DNA of 64,000 nt from an uncultured Acidobacteriota bacterium (GTDB lineage Bacteria; Acidobacteriota; Thermoanaerobaculia; Multivoradales; JAHEKO01): assembly GCA_963713825.1 (NCBI GenBank), contig CAVQNG010000005.1, positions 192,001 through 256,000 on the forward strand, written 5' to 3'. Position numbers and translations under genes: made by a program. The notes under the pieces are model-generated. The model was not told the DNA's origin. It saw only the letters and a list, made by a program, of their open reading frames with translations, and made no database searches. Positions 1 to 7,885 of the stretch are shown in pieces (position 1 is the stretch's first letter; each line of letters begins with the position of its first letter).

Positions 1-2
1 AG

Positions 3-686
3 CGACAACCCGGCGCCATGAGTCAGCACATCACCGTCGAAAGGACCGCAGAGGGGGAGGAGTCCGCCTGGTGGAGGATCGGACTGCGCAACGGGTGGCA
101 CCGGATATGGCTGGTGTTGTTCCTGGTGTTGAGTCCGGCGCTGGCAGTGCCGTTGCTGTTTGGTGGGATGACTCTCCGGGATCGGTCTCTCCTACCACTG
201 GCACTGGCCTGTGTCCTGGTCTTGCTGGGCCACTTCGCTTCCGACCAGTTCTACCCCCACTACTCGGCGCCTCTGACCGCTCCGATCTGGACCCTGGCCA
301 TGGTGATTCTGGCGAGTGCATACAACTGGCGGTGGCGGGGGCAACGAGTGGGGGCTGGTCTGAGCCTGGTGGCGATCGGCTTGATCGTGGTGTCGTTTCT
401 GGCCCAGATTCCGGCATTCCGACCCGACACCGACGCGCCGATCCGGGAGCGCCTGGCCTATCAGCAAGAGCTGGCTGACAGGCCAGGCCGACATCTGGTC
501 TTGGGGCAGAGGAGTGTCATCTACAACTACAATCCTGCCGACCTCCGCGGCGCCGACGTGCTGTGGGCGGCGGACCTGGGGACCGAGCAGAATCGGCTGC
601 TGATCGAGCTATTTCCCGAGTACGAGGTGTGGTGGTTGGAGATCTATGGCAGGTCGGTCGAGTTGCAGCCTTTCGAGCTGGAGTAG
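3..686 (+). CDS. Multi-pass membrane protein, probably 5'-truncated by the window edge (GT-C-like glycosyltransferase possible)
   Basis: Frame is open from position 3. Several hydrophobic segments are followed by a soluble C-terminus (..YNYNPADLRGADVLWAADLG..). The family is a guess. Confidence 0.55.
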   Translation, partial: RQPGAMSQHITVERTAEGEESAWWRIGLRNGWHRIWLVLFLVLSPALAVPLLFGGMTLRDRSLLPLALACVLVLLGHFASDQFYPHYSAPLTAPIWTLAMVILASAYNWRWRGQRVGAGLSLVAIGLIVVSFLAQIPAFRPDTDAPIRERLAYQQELADRPGRHLVLGQRSVIYNYNPADLRGADVLWAADLGTEQNRLLIELFPEYEVWWLEIYGRSVELQPFELE

Positions 687-706
687 AGCCTCCAGGGGTT
701 CGAGAC

Positions 707-1462
707 TCACTCCCAGCTGAGGGCCTGTAACCCGTCGACGAACTGCTGCGATTCCTCTGGCATGAAGGGCACATCGTGCTCGAAGAGGATGGCCCCCGGC
801 CAGATGTAGTTGCCATAGTACTTGCGGATGGCCTTCGAGCTCATCGCCAGGCGTGTGCCCTCGAACGAAGCACCAGCGAACAATCCACTGGCCCTCGAGT
901 AGATATAGATGTCCTCGGTCAGATCCTTGGCCGAGGTGATCCCAGCGGTGTCGCTGTAGGGTCCGGCGGCGACACTCAAATCGCCACCGAGCGCGAATTG
1001 GGGCTCTAGAATCGTCTTCGCTGCCTTTTCGGTGACGAGGAACATCATGATGTCACTGGCCTGATAGCCGAGCTGAAGTCCGAAGCTTCCTCCGCTGAGC
1101 TTCAGAAAGGCAGGAGGACTCCAGAGCCCTTCTTCGTTGCGACAGCTGATGACACCCGTTCCGTGGCGCCCTCCGAAAACCAACGCCGCCTCGTTGAGGC
1201 CAGGAAAGATAGCGACACATTCGGTGGCCTGGAGAATCGCTGCCGGAAGCCTCTTGGTCGGGCTCTGTAGCACTTCCTCGTAGACCCAGCGGGCGTTCCT
1301 GACCTTGCCTACCTGTTTGTCGCCGGCCTGGACCGACTGGGCTAGGAGACTCGCAAGCAGCACAACCATGAGAGCGATAGGCACTCGACTTCGATCGGCG
1401 CGACCCCGGGTCGGCAGGCCATTGGGAATCGTCTTCAAACGGTCTCTCATCGTCGTCTCCAT
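707..1462 (-). CDS. Ysc84/SYLF lipid-binding domain protein, secreted
   Basis: Motifs CVAIFP, GGRHGTGV, WSPPAF, GGSFGLQLG, SVAAGP, YSRASGLFAGASFEG. Signal-like hydrophobic stretch. ATG at 1462 has an AGGAG RBS (alternative start 1450). Confidence 0.85.
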   Translation of the reverse strand: METTMRDRLKTIPNGLPTRGRADRSRVPIALMVVLLASLLAQSVQAGDKQVGKVRNARWVYEEVLQSPTKRLPAAILQATECVAIFPGLNEAALVFGGRHGTGVISCRNEEGLWSPPAFLKLSGGSFGLQLGYQASDIMMFLVTEKAAKTILEPQFALGGDLSVAAGPYSDTAGITSAKDLTEDIYIYSRASGLFAGASFEGTRLAMSSKAIRKYYGNYIWPGAILFEHDVPFMPEESQQFVDGLQALSWE

Positions 1463-1551
1463 AGCTTCTCCTGGGGATCCGCCCAACTCTACATCGAGTC
1501 GCACCTGAACCCCACCCATTCAATGCCCGGAGCACGGCGCGGTGTGTTCCG

Positions 1552-2433
1552 TCATGAAGGAGAGGAGATGCGTTCCTTGAAGTAGCCTGCGGCGTTGGCA
1601 AGTTGCCAGATTCCGAGCAGAGCCAGCGCTGTGGTGCGCTTCTTCAGCGGTAGCTCCTTCAGCGGCTGCCGCAACATCCCCGGCAAGCGTCGATGGAAGA
1701 CGGCGTCGTCACGCAGCTGGCCGGAGCCCCGCTCGGCCCGAAGGCGATGGTAGTGGTGAGCTCCGCGGCCATAGGTGAAGTGCTGTCTCCAGTACCTTTG
1801 AAGGCTCGCCGGGCGCGCGTGAATCAGGTGTGCCTCGGGAACATAGAGCAGATCGTGTCCCAGGTGACGCCAGCGATCGCACAGTTCCCGATCCTCCGAG
1901 GCGCGGGGAAAGAACTGGGGATCGAAACCACCGACATCCCGCAGCAGCTCTGCAGAGATCGCCATGTTGTTCGATGGAAAGAAGCTGGCACCCTGGCCGG
2001 ATTCGTTGTAGAAGCGATGGACGGCGTCGAAGATCAACTGATTGGTTTCGGAATAGGGGTCCCCGGGTTGCTGCGTGGTGCGTCCCCCGATCAGGGCCTC
2101 GGGGTGCTCCTCGAGCGCCGACTCGAGCGCTCGAAGCCATTCTCGGTCGATGAGGCAGTCGTCGTCGGTGAAGGCGATGAACCGCCCTCGTGCGGCTGCC
2201 AAACCCAGGTTGCGAGCCGGACCAGGTCCAGCGTTTTCCTGTCTGAGCACGGTCAACTCGAGGCGATCTCTCCAGGGCTTCAGCTGGGGCTCCAACGGTT
2301 CGGGAGTACCGTCGTCGACGACAAGGACCTCGAATTCGTCACCAGGTGGATCGACTTCGACTAGCGTGTCCAGACAATTGCGAAGCTGGTCGGGCCGGCC
2401 GTAGGTTGGAATGATGATGGAGAAGGTCAGCAT
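1552..2433 (-). CDS. Glycosyltransferase family 2
   Basis: Motifs FSIIIPTY, VVDDG, NAGPGPARNLG, FTDDDC (DxD), SEDREL. Confidence 0.9.
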   Translation of the reverse strand: MLTFSIIIPTYGRPDQLRNCLDTLVEVDPPGDEFEVLVVDDGTPEPLEPQLKPWRDRLELTVLRQENAGPGPARNLGLAAARGRFIAFTDDDCLIDREWLRALESALEEHPEALIGGRTTQQPGDPYSETNQLIFDAVHRFYNESGQGASFFPSNNMAISAELLRDVGGFDPQFFPRASEDRELCDRWRHLGHDLLYVPEAHLIHARPASLQRYWRQHFTYGRGAHHYHRLRAERGSGQLRDDAVFHRRLPGMLRQPLKELPLKKRTTALALLGIWQLANAAGYFKERISSPS

Positions 2434-2497
2434 CGCTCTGGAGGGGCAGCGTAGCACGGTGAAATGTCAGCCAAACGAGGCTACTGACGAAAAATCC

Positions 2498-2526
2498 TTG
2501 CCAAGGAGTCGGTGCGGGAATATGGT
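2498..2526 (+). promoter_or_regulatory. Putative sigma70 promoter for the FmdB gene
   Basis: TTGCCA-N17-TATGGT, upstream of an AGGAG RBS and ATG 2555. Confidence 0.4.
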
Positions 2527-2554
2527 TTGAGGGTATTGCGTTAGGAGTTGCGTC

Positions 2555-2782
2555 ATGCCTATGTACGAATACATCTGCAAGAGTTGTGACCACCAGTTCG
2601 AGATTCTGCAGCGCATGGGAGAGGGGGCCGAGGGCCTATCTTGTCCCAAGTGCGGTGAGAAGCGCGTCGAGAAGCAGTTCTCGACCTTTTCCAGTAGCGG
2701 TCCAAGTACCCCCACGTCGGCTGGTTTCAGTGCCGGTGCCGGTTGCGGCGGCGGCAGCGGCAGCGGCTTCAGCTGAGCGTAG
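2555..2782 (+). CDS. FmdB-family zinc-ribbon protein, predicted selenoprotein (TGA 2774-2776 = Sec; ends ..CGGGSGSGFS-U-A, TAG 2780-2782)
   Basis: MPMYEYxCxxC...CPKCG motif. The in-frame TGA is followed by GCG TAG and a SECIS-like hairpin, and selC is 130 bp downstream. If TGA is a stop, the CDS ends at 2776. Confidence 0.8.
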
Positions 2783-2820
2783 TGAATGAGCGGCCCGGCG
2801 GGCCGCTGAACTTTCACCAC
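2779..2820 (+). promoter_or_regulatory. Bacterial SECIS-like element
   Basis: Upper stem AGCGGCCC(2789-96)/GGGCCGCT(2800-07) with a GGC loop starting 20 nt after the TGA. Lower stem GTGAA(2782-86)/TTCAC(2813-17). Confidence 0.7.
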
Positions 2821-2911
2821 CTCCATCGGAAACAGAGTCGTCACGGGACTAGGCACTGCCTAGTTGGTGACTCTGTCGGGGAGAAGAGGTGTGATGGGCT
2901 AGAATCCACCC

Positions 2912-3011
2912 GGAAGCGCTCAGGGGCTGGTGCCTCTCGCGGTCTTCAAAACCGTAGTCCCGCGCCGGTGTCGGCGAGGGGGGTGGGTTCGATTCCCATG
3001 CGCTTCCGCCA
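2912..3011 (+). tRNA. selC: tRNA-Sec (anticodon UCA)
   Basis: 8-bp acceptor stem GGAAGCGC/GCGCTTCC, 6-bp D stem with TGGT loop, anticodon loop CTTCAAA (TCA 2946-48), long variable arm, 5-bp T stem with TTCGATT loop, G discriminator and encoded CCA. Confidence 0.97.
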
Positions 3012-3071
3012 CTGTCTTTCCCCCGCAAGCATGTCGATGGTCAATTCCCTCTTGGAGGTCGGCTGACTGTT

Positions 3072-3226
3072 GCGTGGGAATCGAACACGGAGGGGCAGGT
3101 ACGGGTGGTGCAGTGTAGGCGACCGTCAGGAGCCAACCCAGCTCGCTGAGCGCTTGCGCGAAGCGGCCAGAAGGCACAGTTCGTCCCGAGGTCGCGGGCG
3201 ACCTCGGTTCCCATGCGCTTCCGCCA
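3072..3226. repeat. selC-linked repeat / att-like remnant
   Basis: 3208-3226 is an exact 19-bp copy of the tRNA 3' end (2993-3011). 3072-3086 is a 14/15 inverted copy of 2987-3001. A 9-bp-stem hairpin lies at 3186-3207. Confidence 0.8.
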
Positions 3227-3342
3227 TTTGTTTTCAATAACTCAGGTAGTTTTCGGTTGTTCTGTGAGCTGCCTCACTGAGCTCCTCTCCCAATACAATT
3301 GGGGCGGGTCGAGCTGTGAATTACCCGATGAGGAGCCGTGCC

Positions 3343-3654
3343 ATGCGCATTCGCGATCTGTTTCGACGCACCAGGGACTGCGATCATGTCGCTGAGTTGA
3401 GCGAGGTCGAACCCAACTCACCGGATTCCTGCCTGCTATGTGTCGAGATGGGAGACACCTGGGTCAACCTGCGGTTGTGCCTGACGTGTGGCCATGTCGG
3501 ATGCTGCGATGCTTCGAAGAACAAGCACGCCACTGCCCACCACAAGGAGACAGGGCACCCGATGATCCAGTCCTATCAACCGAAAGAGCGGTGGCGGTAC
3601 TGCTATGTGGACGATCAGATGGTGACGGAGGCTGATACACCAGCACGCCACTAG
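3343..3654 (+). CDS. UBP-type (ZnF-UBP) zinc finger protein
   Basis: Motifs CDH, CLLC, WVNLRLCLTCGHVGCCDAS-NKHATAH, WRYCYVD. AGGAG RBS before ATG 3343. Confidence 0.9.
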   Translation: MRIRDLFRRTRDCDHVAELSEVEPNSPDSCLLCVEMGDTWVNLRLCLTCGHVGCCDASKNKHATAHHKETGHPMIQSYQPKERWRYCYVDDQMVTEADTPARH

Positions 3655-3776
3655 GGACCGCTTCAGTGGTTCTTTCTCTGCCGATCTCGGCATTGCCGAC
3701 GCGAGATCGACCTTGGGCAAAGAAAAAGCCGAGGGCGAGGCCGGGCTCCGACGAGTACCACTGCCCTGGGCTGGTT

Positions 3777-5318
3777 CTACTCGATCGTGGTGCTGCACCT
3801 GTCCGTGTCGCCGGTCTCGAAATTCTCGATGAAGATCGTAGGCTCGCCAAGGAAGGTCCACACCTTGCCGGCGTCGTTGGTGGTCAGGTCGTAGTAAGGC
3901 GCGGCGATGACCATGTCGTCATAGCCGTCGCCGTCGGTGTCGCCGGTCGACAGGGACCAGCCGAAGTAGGAGGACGCCTGGTCTCCCTCGACCGCCCAGT
4001 CTGCGTAGTCAAGCGGTCCTTCAGCGCCGAGACCATCCTCGGTACCAAGCCAGAGCAGGGTCATTCCGGCGTAGTTCACGGCACCGACAGTGTGCCCGAT
4101 CGCCCCGATCAGGACGTCATCGTAGCTGTCACCGTTGTAGTTCAGGACCCTGACATTGCCACCGAACTGGTCGTTCTCGGCTGCGCCGTATGCCAGCCAA
4201 TCGTTGTTGATCGGGTCTCCATCGACGTCTCCCAGACCGTCTGCGGAGCCATACCAGACGAGAGCCATTCCATCGTTCGTTTCCATGTGGTCATAGAGTC
4301 TGATACCTACGATGAGATCGTCGTAACCGTCGGCATCGAAATCACCGCTTGCCACGGCATTCATTGCAGATGTGCCCATTCTGGCGTCTGCCTGATCTCC
4401 CTCCGCCGTCCAGTCGGCGTTGGAAGGATTCCCTGGAGCGCCGAATCCTGTGGCCGATCCGTACCACACGAACACCTTGCCCTCGTTGGCCTGGCCGGCG
4501 TCATAGAACGGAGCTCCAATCAAGATGTCGCCGTATCCGTCGCCGTTGAGGTCACCTGCGGAACCGAGAACGGTGCCGAAGCCGGCATCGTCCCAAGGGA
4601 TACACTGATCACCCATTGCGTACCAGTCGGCGCTGGCTACAGTCGTGGTACCCACCCGCGCGTTCGATCCGTAGAACAAATACCCGTGGTTGATGATGGG
4701 CGCTGCCCCATTGCAGGCGTCGTAGCGCCGGGCACCGATGAGGATGTCGTCGTAGCCATCGTTGTCGAGATCGCCAGCAGAGGCCACCTCGAGGCCTGTG
4801 TGAGCATACAGAGCGGTCCCGGTGACTCTCCAATCCCAGTTAGCGTCTAGACCGCCATTCGATCCGTAGTAGAGGAAAACAGCTCCGTCATCTGACGTGG
4901 ATGAGTCGTAGTTCGGCATGCCGATGAGAAGATCGTCGTGGTTGTCACCGTCGACGTCAGCGGCTGCGACGGCTTCGCCGAAGTAGCCATGGGCGTTGAT
5001 GACCGGAGGATTGATGATCAGGTTGGGTGTGGTGGCCGGACCGTCTTCCGAGCCGTAGAACACCCACACCCTGCCGGAACGAACCTGGCCTGAATTGAAG
5101 AATCGCGAGCCTACCGCTACATCGGAGTAGCCGTCGTTGTTGAAGTCACCGGTTGCGCTGACCGATTCTCCGAGGAAGTTCTCCAGTTGATCTTGTTCGA
5201 AGTCCCAGATTGCGTCGGCGAGAGTGGCCCAGGCGCCGATGGCAAACGCGGCCGGAGAACTGACTAGAGAAATGAGAAACGCACCCACAAGAAGCCGCCG
5301 GATCAGCTTGTTGTCCAT
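3777..5318 (-). CDS. Secreted FG-GAP (integrin-alpha-like) repeat protein
   Basis: Signal peptide. About 7 repeats of the type FG..V..AGDxNGDGYDDxxIGA. C-terminal IFIENFETGD motif. AAGGAG RBS. Confidence 0.9.
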   Translation of the reverse strand: MDNKLIRRLLVGAFLISLVSSPAAFAIGAWATLADAIWDFEQDQLENFLGESVSATGDFNNDGYSDVAVGSRFFNSGQVRSGRVWVFYGSEDGPATTPNLIINPPVINAHGYFGEAVAAADVDGDNHDDLLIGMPNYDSSTSDDGAVFLYYGSNGGLDANWDWRVTGTALYAHTGLEVASAGDLDNDGYDDILIGARRYDACNGAAPIINHGYLFYGSNARVGTTTVASADWYAMGDQCIPWDDAGFGTVLGSAGDLNGDGYGDILIGAPFYDAGQANEGKVFVWYGSATGFGAPGNPSNADWTAEGDQADARMGTSAMNAVASGDFDADGYDDLIVGIRLYDHMETNDGMALVWYGSADGLGDVDGDPINNDWLAYGAAENDQFGGNVRVLNYNGDSYDDVLIGAIGHTVGAVNYAGMTLLWLGTEDGLGAEGPLDYADWAVEGDQASSYFGWSLSTGDTDGDGYDDMVIAAPYYDLTTNDAGKVWTFLGEPTIFIENFETGDTDRCSTTIE

Positions 5319-5404
5319 TTCGATCTCCTTTCGCTCGCAAGTCTCGAAGGTGATGACAAACATCAGTCGAGCACGAACTGTACTCGGCATCTCTGCAACT
5401 CGGG

Positions 5405-5520
5405 CCTTCGGTAGCTCGGCGGTCCTGGAGTCCTGCTGGGCGGAAGGTCCGTCCTGGAGGAGACAAGGACCCGTGGCTTTGCGCCCCCGACTCTCGTCGG
5501 GTTTGCCTTTGTCGTGACAC
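5405..5520 (-). ncRNA. c-di-GMP-I (GEMM-I) riboswitch
   Basis: Minus strand reads CACGACAAAGGCAAACCCGAC-GAGA-GTCGGGGGCGCAAAGCCACGGGTCC...GGACCGCCGAGCTACCGAAG. It matches the GEMM-I consensus (GGCAAAC, GNRA-capped P2, CGCAAAGC, ..ACCGA) and lies ~85 nt upstream of a CDS. Confidence 0.88.
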
Positions 5521-5544
5521 TTTCAGGTTACGTCCGGGGGCCGA

Positions 5545-5571
5545 GAAAAGCCCCACCCGAAAGGGTGGGGC
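5545..5571 (-). terminator. Intrinsic terminator after the DUF4097-like gene
   Basis: GCCCCACCC-GAAA-GGGTGGGGC hairpin followed by TTTTC on the minus strand. Confidence 0.75.
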
Positions 5572-5611
5572 AGAGCTCCACGGTTGTGGATCGAGGAAGA
5601 AGGGTGGCGAC

Positions 5612-6424
5612 CTAGGGCACTTTGACGTTGCCTTCGATGTGATTGGTGTGCACTCCACCGCTGCCATCTCGCTCGACAATGAAGTCGCCGGCGACGTGCT
5701 CGGCTCGAATGCTCCCTGAACCGTCCTCCTGAACCAGGACATCGCCGCCGATATGGTCGAGCTCGATGCTGCCGGAGCCGTCCTCGATGATGTTTACGCT
5801 GGCTTCGATGTCGCGCACGGTGATCTCGCCGGAGCCATCTTCGATCGTCACAGCCCCGCCAACGTGTTCGACCGAGAGGCTTCCCGACCCGTCGTCGATG
5901 CGGACTTGACCGCCGACTTCGGTGACCTCGATCTCGCCAGAGCCATCCTCGATCTCGATGCCCTCCGCAATCTTGCGCACCAGAATGTCTCCGGAGCCAT
6001 CTTCAAGCTCCAGACCTCGCACTCCTTCGATCTTCACCGAGCCACTGCTGTCCTCGACGTCCAGAAGGAGGTTCTCGGGTACCTCGATCTCGAGATCGAG
6101 GTAGGGGCTGTGGCGTCTCCAGTTGCCGTCAGGGGTTTCGACTTCGACATAGAGAGTGTCGCCCCGGCGATCGGTGCGGAGCTCGATCTCGTCGAGGACG
6201 TCCTTGTCAGGGGCGCATGCTTTGCCTTGCACCCGGACTTCCGACAATCCTGCAGAGCCTCGGATACTCAAGTAGCCAGCCTTGGCGTCGACGCGGAGCG
6301 TCGTTGCACCAGCGGCATCGAGGGTGGCATTTCGCGGCTCGCTGTGGGGGCAGTCACCAGCGGTCGAGGTGAGCGGCAGTCCCAGGAAGGCTGCCGCGAC
6401 GATCAGCATCATGACGAATCGCAT
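5612..6424 (-). CDS. DUF4097-like beta-strand repeat (putative adhesin) protein
   Basis: Signal peptide and many (I/V)xDGSG(E/S)I repeats. GGAG RBS. Confidence 0.8.
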   Translation of the reverse strand: MRFVMMLIVAAAFLGLPLTSTAGDCPHSEPRNATLDAAGATTLRVDAKAGYLSIRGSAGLSEVRVQGKACAPDKDVLDEIELRTDRRGDTLYVEVETPDGNWRRHSPYLDLEIEVPENLLLDVEDSSGSVKIEGVRGLELEDGSGDILVRKIAEGIEIEDGSGEIEVTEVGGQVRIDDGSGSLSVEHVGGAVTIEDGSGEITVRDIEASVNIIEDGSGSIELDHIGGDVLVQEDGSGSIRAEHVAGDFIVERDGSGGVHTNHIEGNVKVP

Positions 6425-6516
6425 GCGTATCTCCTCCAGTAAGGTTCTCTTTTCCCTACGGGGTTCCGCCGAAGAGGTTTCGTCTCAGTGGCGGGCAAGA
6501 GTCGAAAGCCGCTGAC

Positions 6517-7743
6517 TTAGCGCTCGGGCGAAGGCCAATTCGCCAGGGGCAGGAATTCGCAGGCCTGCCCAGGCTGGGCCTCGGGGGAGTGGGCCCGGAC
6601 GCGAACGAGGCCGGTACCCCTGGCGAACGCCGCCAGATCGTGCGACCCCTTGGGCGCCAGCGGTGCCACCAGAAGGCGACCCTCCCGGAACTCGACTTCG
6701 GCTGTGAGAAAACGGTCCCTTTCCTTAGCCGCCGGTAGAGGTGCCGTCAGCTCGCCGGCGAGAGCGCCGTACCAGAAGCCGTCCTGTAGTCCCATTAAGC
6801 GCCTGAGCGTGGGTCGCACGAATAGAAAGAAGCTGGCCATGACGGAGGCAGGGTTGCCGGGCAGACCGAAGACCAGGCCACCGGAGTGCGTGGCCGCGAC
6901 CAGGGGCTTGCCAGGTTGGACCGCGACGGCGTCGAACAGAAATTCGCAACCGAGCTCTGCCAGCACATCTTCGACAAAGTCATAGTCGCCCTTCGAAACG
7001 CCGCCACCGATCAGCAGAACATCCGATTGGATTCCTGCTCCGATCTTCTCGCGGAGATCCTCCGGTCGATCCGCAGCGATGCCGAGAGGCTCGACTTCGA
7101 TTCCCAGGGAGCGGCCAGCAGCCAGAAGGAAATCGGTGTGGGAGTCTCTCAATTGGCCGGGCCGCGGCTCGGTATCCGGCGGCACCACTTCGTCGCCGGT
7201 CGCCAGGAAGGCCACCCGGGGCTTGCGGTGAACCGAAACTGTAGCAATGCCGTGGGTGGCCAACAGGCTCAAACCCCCGGCCGTGAGCAGCGTGCCAGCT
7301 GGCAGCAGGGGGTCACCCGAGCTCTGGATCTCGGCCCGCCGGCGAACATGGGCGCCCGGCTCGGTCCCGGAACGAAATAGCACCTCGTCCTGGGTGGAGC
7401 TGGTTTGCTCGACTGGGATGACCCGGTCGGCGTCTCGCGGTATCGGTGCCCCCGTCATGATGCGCATGGCAGTGTCAGGCGCGAGCTCGCAGTCCGGGCT
7501 GGCTCCGGCCGGGATGACGCCGCTGATCGGCATACAATCTCCAGCCACCACTTCTCCGAACACAGCGAATCCATCCATGGCAGATAAATCCATTGGAGGC
7601 ACATCCACGGTAGCTTCCAGGGATCCGGCAAGCACCCTGTCGAGGGCCGATCGCCGATCGATTTCTTCTGGTTCTAGCGGCGAGCAGTACTCCGCCAGTC
7701 GCTGCCAGGCGCTTTCAGGAGAGAGCCAGTTGTCGGTTGTCAT
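6517..7743 (-). CDS. moeA: Molybdopterin molybdenumtransferase
   Basis: Motifs SAMDGFAV, RIMTGAPIP, ATGDEV, GGVSKGDYD, QPGKP, GLPGNP. Confidence 0.95.
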   Translation of the reverse strand: MTTDNWLSPESAWQRLAEYCSPLEPEEIDRRSALDRVLAGSLEATVDVPPMDLSAMDGFAVFGEVVAGDCMPISGVIPAGASPDCELAPDTAMRIMTGAPIPRDADRVIPVEQTSSTQDEVLFRSGTEPGAHVRRRAEIQSSGDPLLPAGTLLTAGGLSLLATHGIATVSVHRKPRVAFLATGDEVVPPDTEPRPGQLRDSHTDFLLAAGRSLGIEVEPLGIAADRPEDLREKIGAGIQSDVLLIGGGVSKGDYDFVEDVLAELGCEFLFDAVAVQPGKPLVAATHSGGLVFGLPGNPASVMASFFLFVRPTLRRLMGLQDGFWYGALAGELTAPLPAAKERDRFLTAEVEFREGRLLVAPLAPKGSHDLAAFARGTGLVRVRAHSPEAQPGQACEFLPLANWPSPER

Positions 7744-7885
7744 AAGCAAGCCTGTGAGGTAGCGGGTTAGAGGCCTTTCTCACATGAGAGGGCGAAGGCC
7801 CGATGCTATACTTAGCGCCGTTTGTCGCTCCTCGGACCCTGTCGGTCTACCGGCCCGTCATAGCAGTAACAGCCTTGATCCAATT

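Noticed and set aside
3208-3226. Possible second tRNA gene ending in CCA
   Set aside because: Only the last 19 nt match selC. No upstream acceptor 5' strand, D arm or anticodon arm is present.
3666-4850. Long antisense ORFs (also 17946-19022, 27510-28610, 35983-37491, 43080-44435, 50427-51557)
   Set aside because: Shadow frames opposite well-supported genes, as expected from GC-rich codon bias. They carry no motifs.
3227-6500. Intact genomic island integrated at selC
   Set aside because: No integrase or transposase and no distal att copy was seen in the window. Only a remnant is supportable.
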